Shown: in pieces, positions 62,623-64,000 of the stretch
Position numbering within the stretch: position 1 is the stretch's first letter
Layout: every line of letters begins with the position of its first letter
DNA from: an uncultured Actinomycetes bacterium
GTDB lineage: Bacteria; Actinomycetota; Acidimicrobiia; Spongiisociales; DATADW01
Assembly (NCBI GenBank): GCA_963733905.1
Contig: CAVTEU010000012.1
Location: 32,603 to 96,602 of the forward strand
Length of the DNA: 64,000 bases
Direction of reading: 5' to 3'
The notes under the pieces: generated by a model
What the model saw: only the letters and a program-made list of their open reading frames with translations
Database searches by the model: none
What the model was told of the DNA's origin: nothing
Position numbers and translations under genes: made by a program

Positions 62623-63857
62623 TGCGCCCCCTGCGCGATGCGCAGGCAACCGTGCTGTCGGCGATCCGGCGGCTCCCCGTCACCGAGGTCGAGTTGGGCG
62701 ATGCACTCGGACTGGTGCTGGCCGAAGAGGTGCGGGCCCCACACGACGTGCCCCCCTTCGCCAACTCGGCGATGGACGGCTACGCCGTCATCGCCGCCGA
62801 CGTTGCCGCGGCTCCGGTGACGTTGCAGGTGGTCGAGGATGTGGCTGCCGGACGCGTCCCCACCTTGGCGGTGACACCGGGGAGCGCCATCAAGATCATG
62901 ACCGGCGCCACCATCCCCGAGGGTGCCGACGCCGTGGTCCCCGTTGAGGTGACCCGTCAGGACGGCGACCGGGTCGAGATCCTGGAGGGGGTGCCCAAGG
63001 GCGCCTCGGTGCGCGCCGCCGGGGGAGACGTCGCCGCCGGCTCCACCGTGCTCCGCACCGGGGAGAGGATGGGGCCGGCCCACCTTGCGGTCCTCGCCTC
63101 CATCGGTGTGGGCCGGGTCAAGACCTACGCCCGCCCCAAGGTGGCGATCATGTCAACCGGCGACGAGTTGCGTCCCCCCGACACCGCCGAGCTCGGTCCC
63201 GGTCTGATCCGCGACACCAACCGACCGCTCCTTGGCGCACTGCTCGCTGAGGTGGGCGTCGAGGTGATCGATCTCGGGATCATCCCCGACGACGAGGCGA
63301 CGCTCCGCTCGGCGCTCCGCCGCGCCTCTTCCGAAGCGGACGCAGTGGTCACCTCGGGCGGGGTTTCGATGGGGGAGTACGACCTGGTCAAGCAGTTGGT
63401 AGGGGAGTTGGGGGGCATCGAGGTCTGGCAGACGGCGATGCAGCCGGCCAAGCCTTTCGCCTTCGGGCGGCTTGGCGGCACCCCCTTCTTCGGGCTCCCC
63501 GGCAACCCGGTATCGGTGATGGTCGCCTTCGAGCAGTTCACCCGCCCGGCGCTCCTCCAGATGATGGGTTCGGAGAAGCTGTTCCGCCCCCGTCTCGAAG
63601 GTGTCCTGGTGGGTGGTGCCGAGACCGATCCCGCCAAGACGGTCTTCCTCCGGGTCCGTACCTGGTGGGAGCACGGAGCATTGTTCGCCGAGTCCTCCGG
63701 CGTCCAGTCATCCAACGTCCTCTCCGCCCTGGCCGCCGCCGACGCCTTCGCCGTGGTCCCCGAGGGCGTCTCCACCGTCCCCGACGGTGGCCCGGTGACG
63801 CTCGAGATGTTCCGTCAACCCGAGTCCCGCACCGCCGCCGAGGCCCTGGCGCAATGA
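62622..63857 (+). CDS. moeA: Molybdopterin molybdenumtransferase
   Basis: ATG 62622 (or GTG 62619) overlaps the galU stop. PPFANSAMDGYAV..IMTGATIPEGADAVV..STGDEL..IRDTNRPLL..TSGGVSMGEYD..PGNPVS. This is the tail of ORF 62577..63857. Confidence 0.9.
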   Translation: MRPLRDAQATVLSAIRRLPVTEVELGDALGLVLAEEVRAPHDVPPFANSAMDGYAVIAADVAAAPVTLQVVEDVAAGRVPTLAVTPGSAIKIMTGATIPEGADAVVPVEVTRQDGDRVEILEGVPKGASVRAAGGDVAAGSTVLRTGERMGPAHLAVLASIGVGRVKTYARPKVAIMSTGDELRPPDTAELGPGLIRDTNRPLLGALLAEVGVEVIDLGIIPDDEATLRSALRRASSEADAVVTSGGVSMGEYDLVKQLVGELGGIEVWQTAMQPAKPFAFGRLGGTPFFGLPGNPVSVMVAFEQFTRPALLQMMGSEKLFRPRLEGVLVGGAETDPAKTVFLRVRTWWEHGALFAESSGVQSSNVLSALAAADAFAVVPEGVSTVPDGGPVTLEMFRQPESRTAAEALAQ

Positions 63858-63975
63858 GACGGCAGACGGCAGACGGCAGACGGCAGCCAGAGGGTCGCGC
63901 TGCGAGCAGCGCCCTTCTTCAATTCAGCAGTCCCCCGCGTAGGCGGGGCCGCCGAACTCCAATGGTGCTCGCTCT
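63858..63975. repeat. Structured intergenic repeat, family 1-like, copy E (four perfect GACGGCA heptamers plus hairpin core); may extend beyond the window
   Basis: GACGGCA x4 (63858-63885) starts immediately after the moeA stop. Stems GCGCTG-cgag-CAGCGC and CCCCGC-gtag-GCGGGG. The tail CGAACTCCAATGGTGCTCGC matches CGAATTCCCAACTGTGCTCGC of B1 and CGAACTCCCAACGGTG of copy A. Confidence 0.75.
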
Positions 63976-64000
63976 CGACTCCAGGACAGCCATGACCTTC

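Overview
High-GC, Actinomycetota-type chromosomal window (lineage is inferred from gene content and synteny; GC was not computed). I resolve about 62 protein-coding genes and one tRNA-Leu(UAA). I see no rRNA, CRISPR array, transposase, integrase or phage genes.

Gene content, in order:
- A copper module: CopC-CopD fusion, ycnI and a linked membrane protein (1-3346).
- A six-gene minus-strand operon (8097 to 3371) with a MauE-like membrane protein, a TAT-exported, very Cys-rich MauA-like domain fused to FG-GAP-like repeats, a MauD-like thioredoxin, two unknown proteins and an SLH protein. No MauB or MauG is present. This is the most unusual system in the window.
- pgsA, an SDR epimerase, a thioesterase and an LCP protein.
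- The conserved block mfd, MFS, parvulin, yabN/mazG, ispD, eno, ftsB, DUF501, ppx, tRNA-Leu.
- An accessory stretch with NAD salvage (pncA-pncB-HIT), BI-1, DUF427 and a coupled aminotransferase/FAD-oxidase/chrA operon, plus an amidohydrolase, a lone clpP, an SRPBCC-ArsR pair and potABCD.
- GrpB, DUF4349, a large cyclase-AAA-TPR regulator, an EEP nuclease, an aldehyde dehydrogenase, an aminotransferase plus saccharopine-dehydrogenase pair, Eis, a TPP enzyme, uppP, MTAP, an FmdB zinc ribbon, galU and moeA.

Two cross-cutting observations:
1. About 60-70 hand-traced frame changes, mostly one extra base, break roughly 35 genes. These include essential ones (mfd, ispD, pgsA, ftsB), so they look like assembly indel errors rather than decay. 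Gene spans are therefore given as reconstructed whole genes across ORF-track fragments.
2. Eight intergenic loci carry structured repeats: hairpin cores flanked by tandem 7-bp arrays (GACGGNA / its complement, and GTTNTGG). One 63-nt core is 60/63 identical in inverted orientation 42 kb apart.

Many adjacent genes share 4-nt ATGA or GTGA stop/start overlaps, which I used to fix boundaries.
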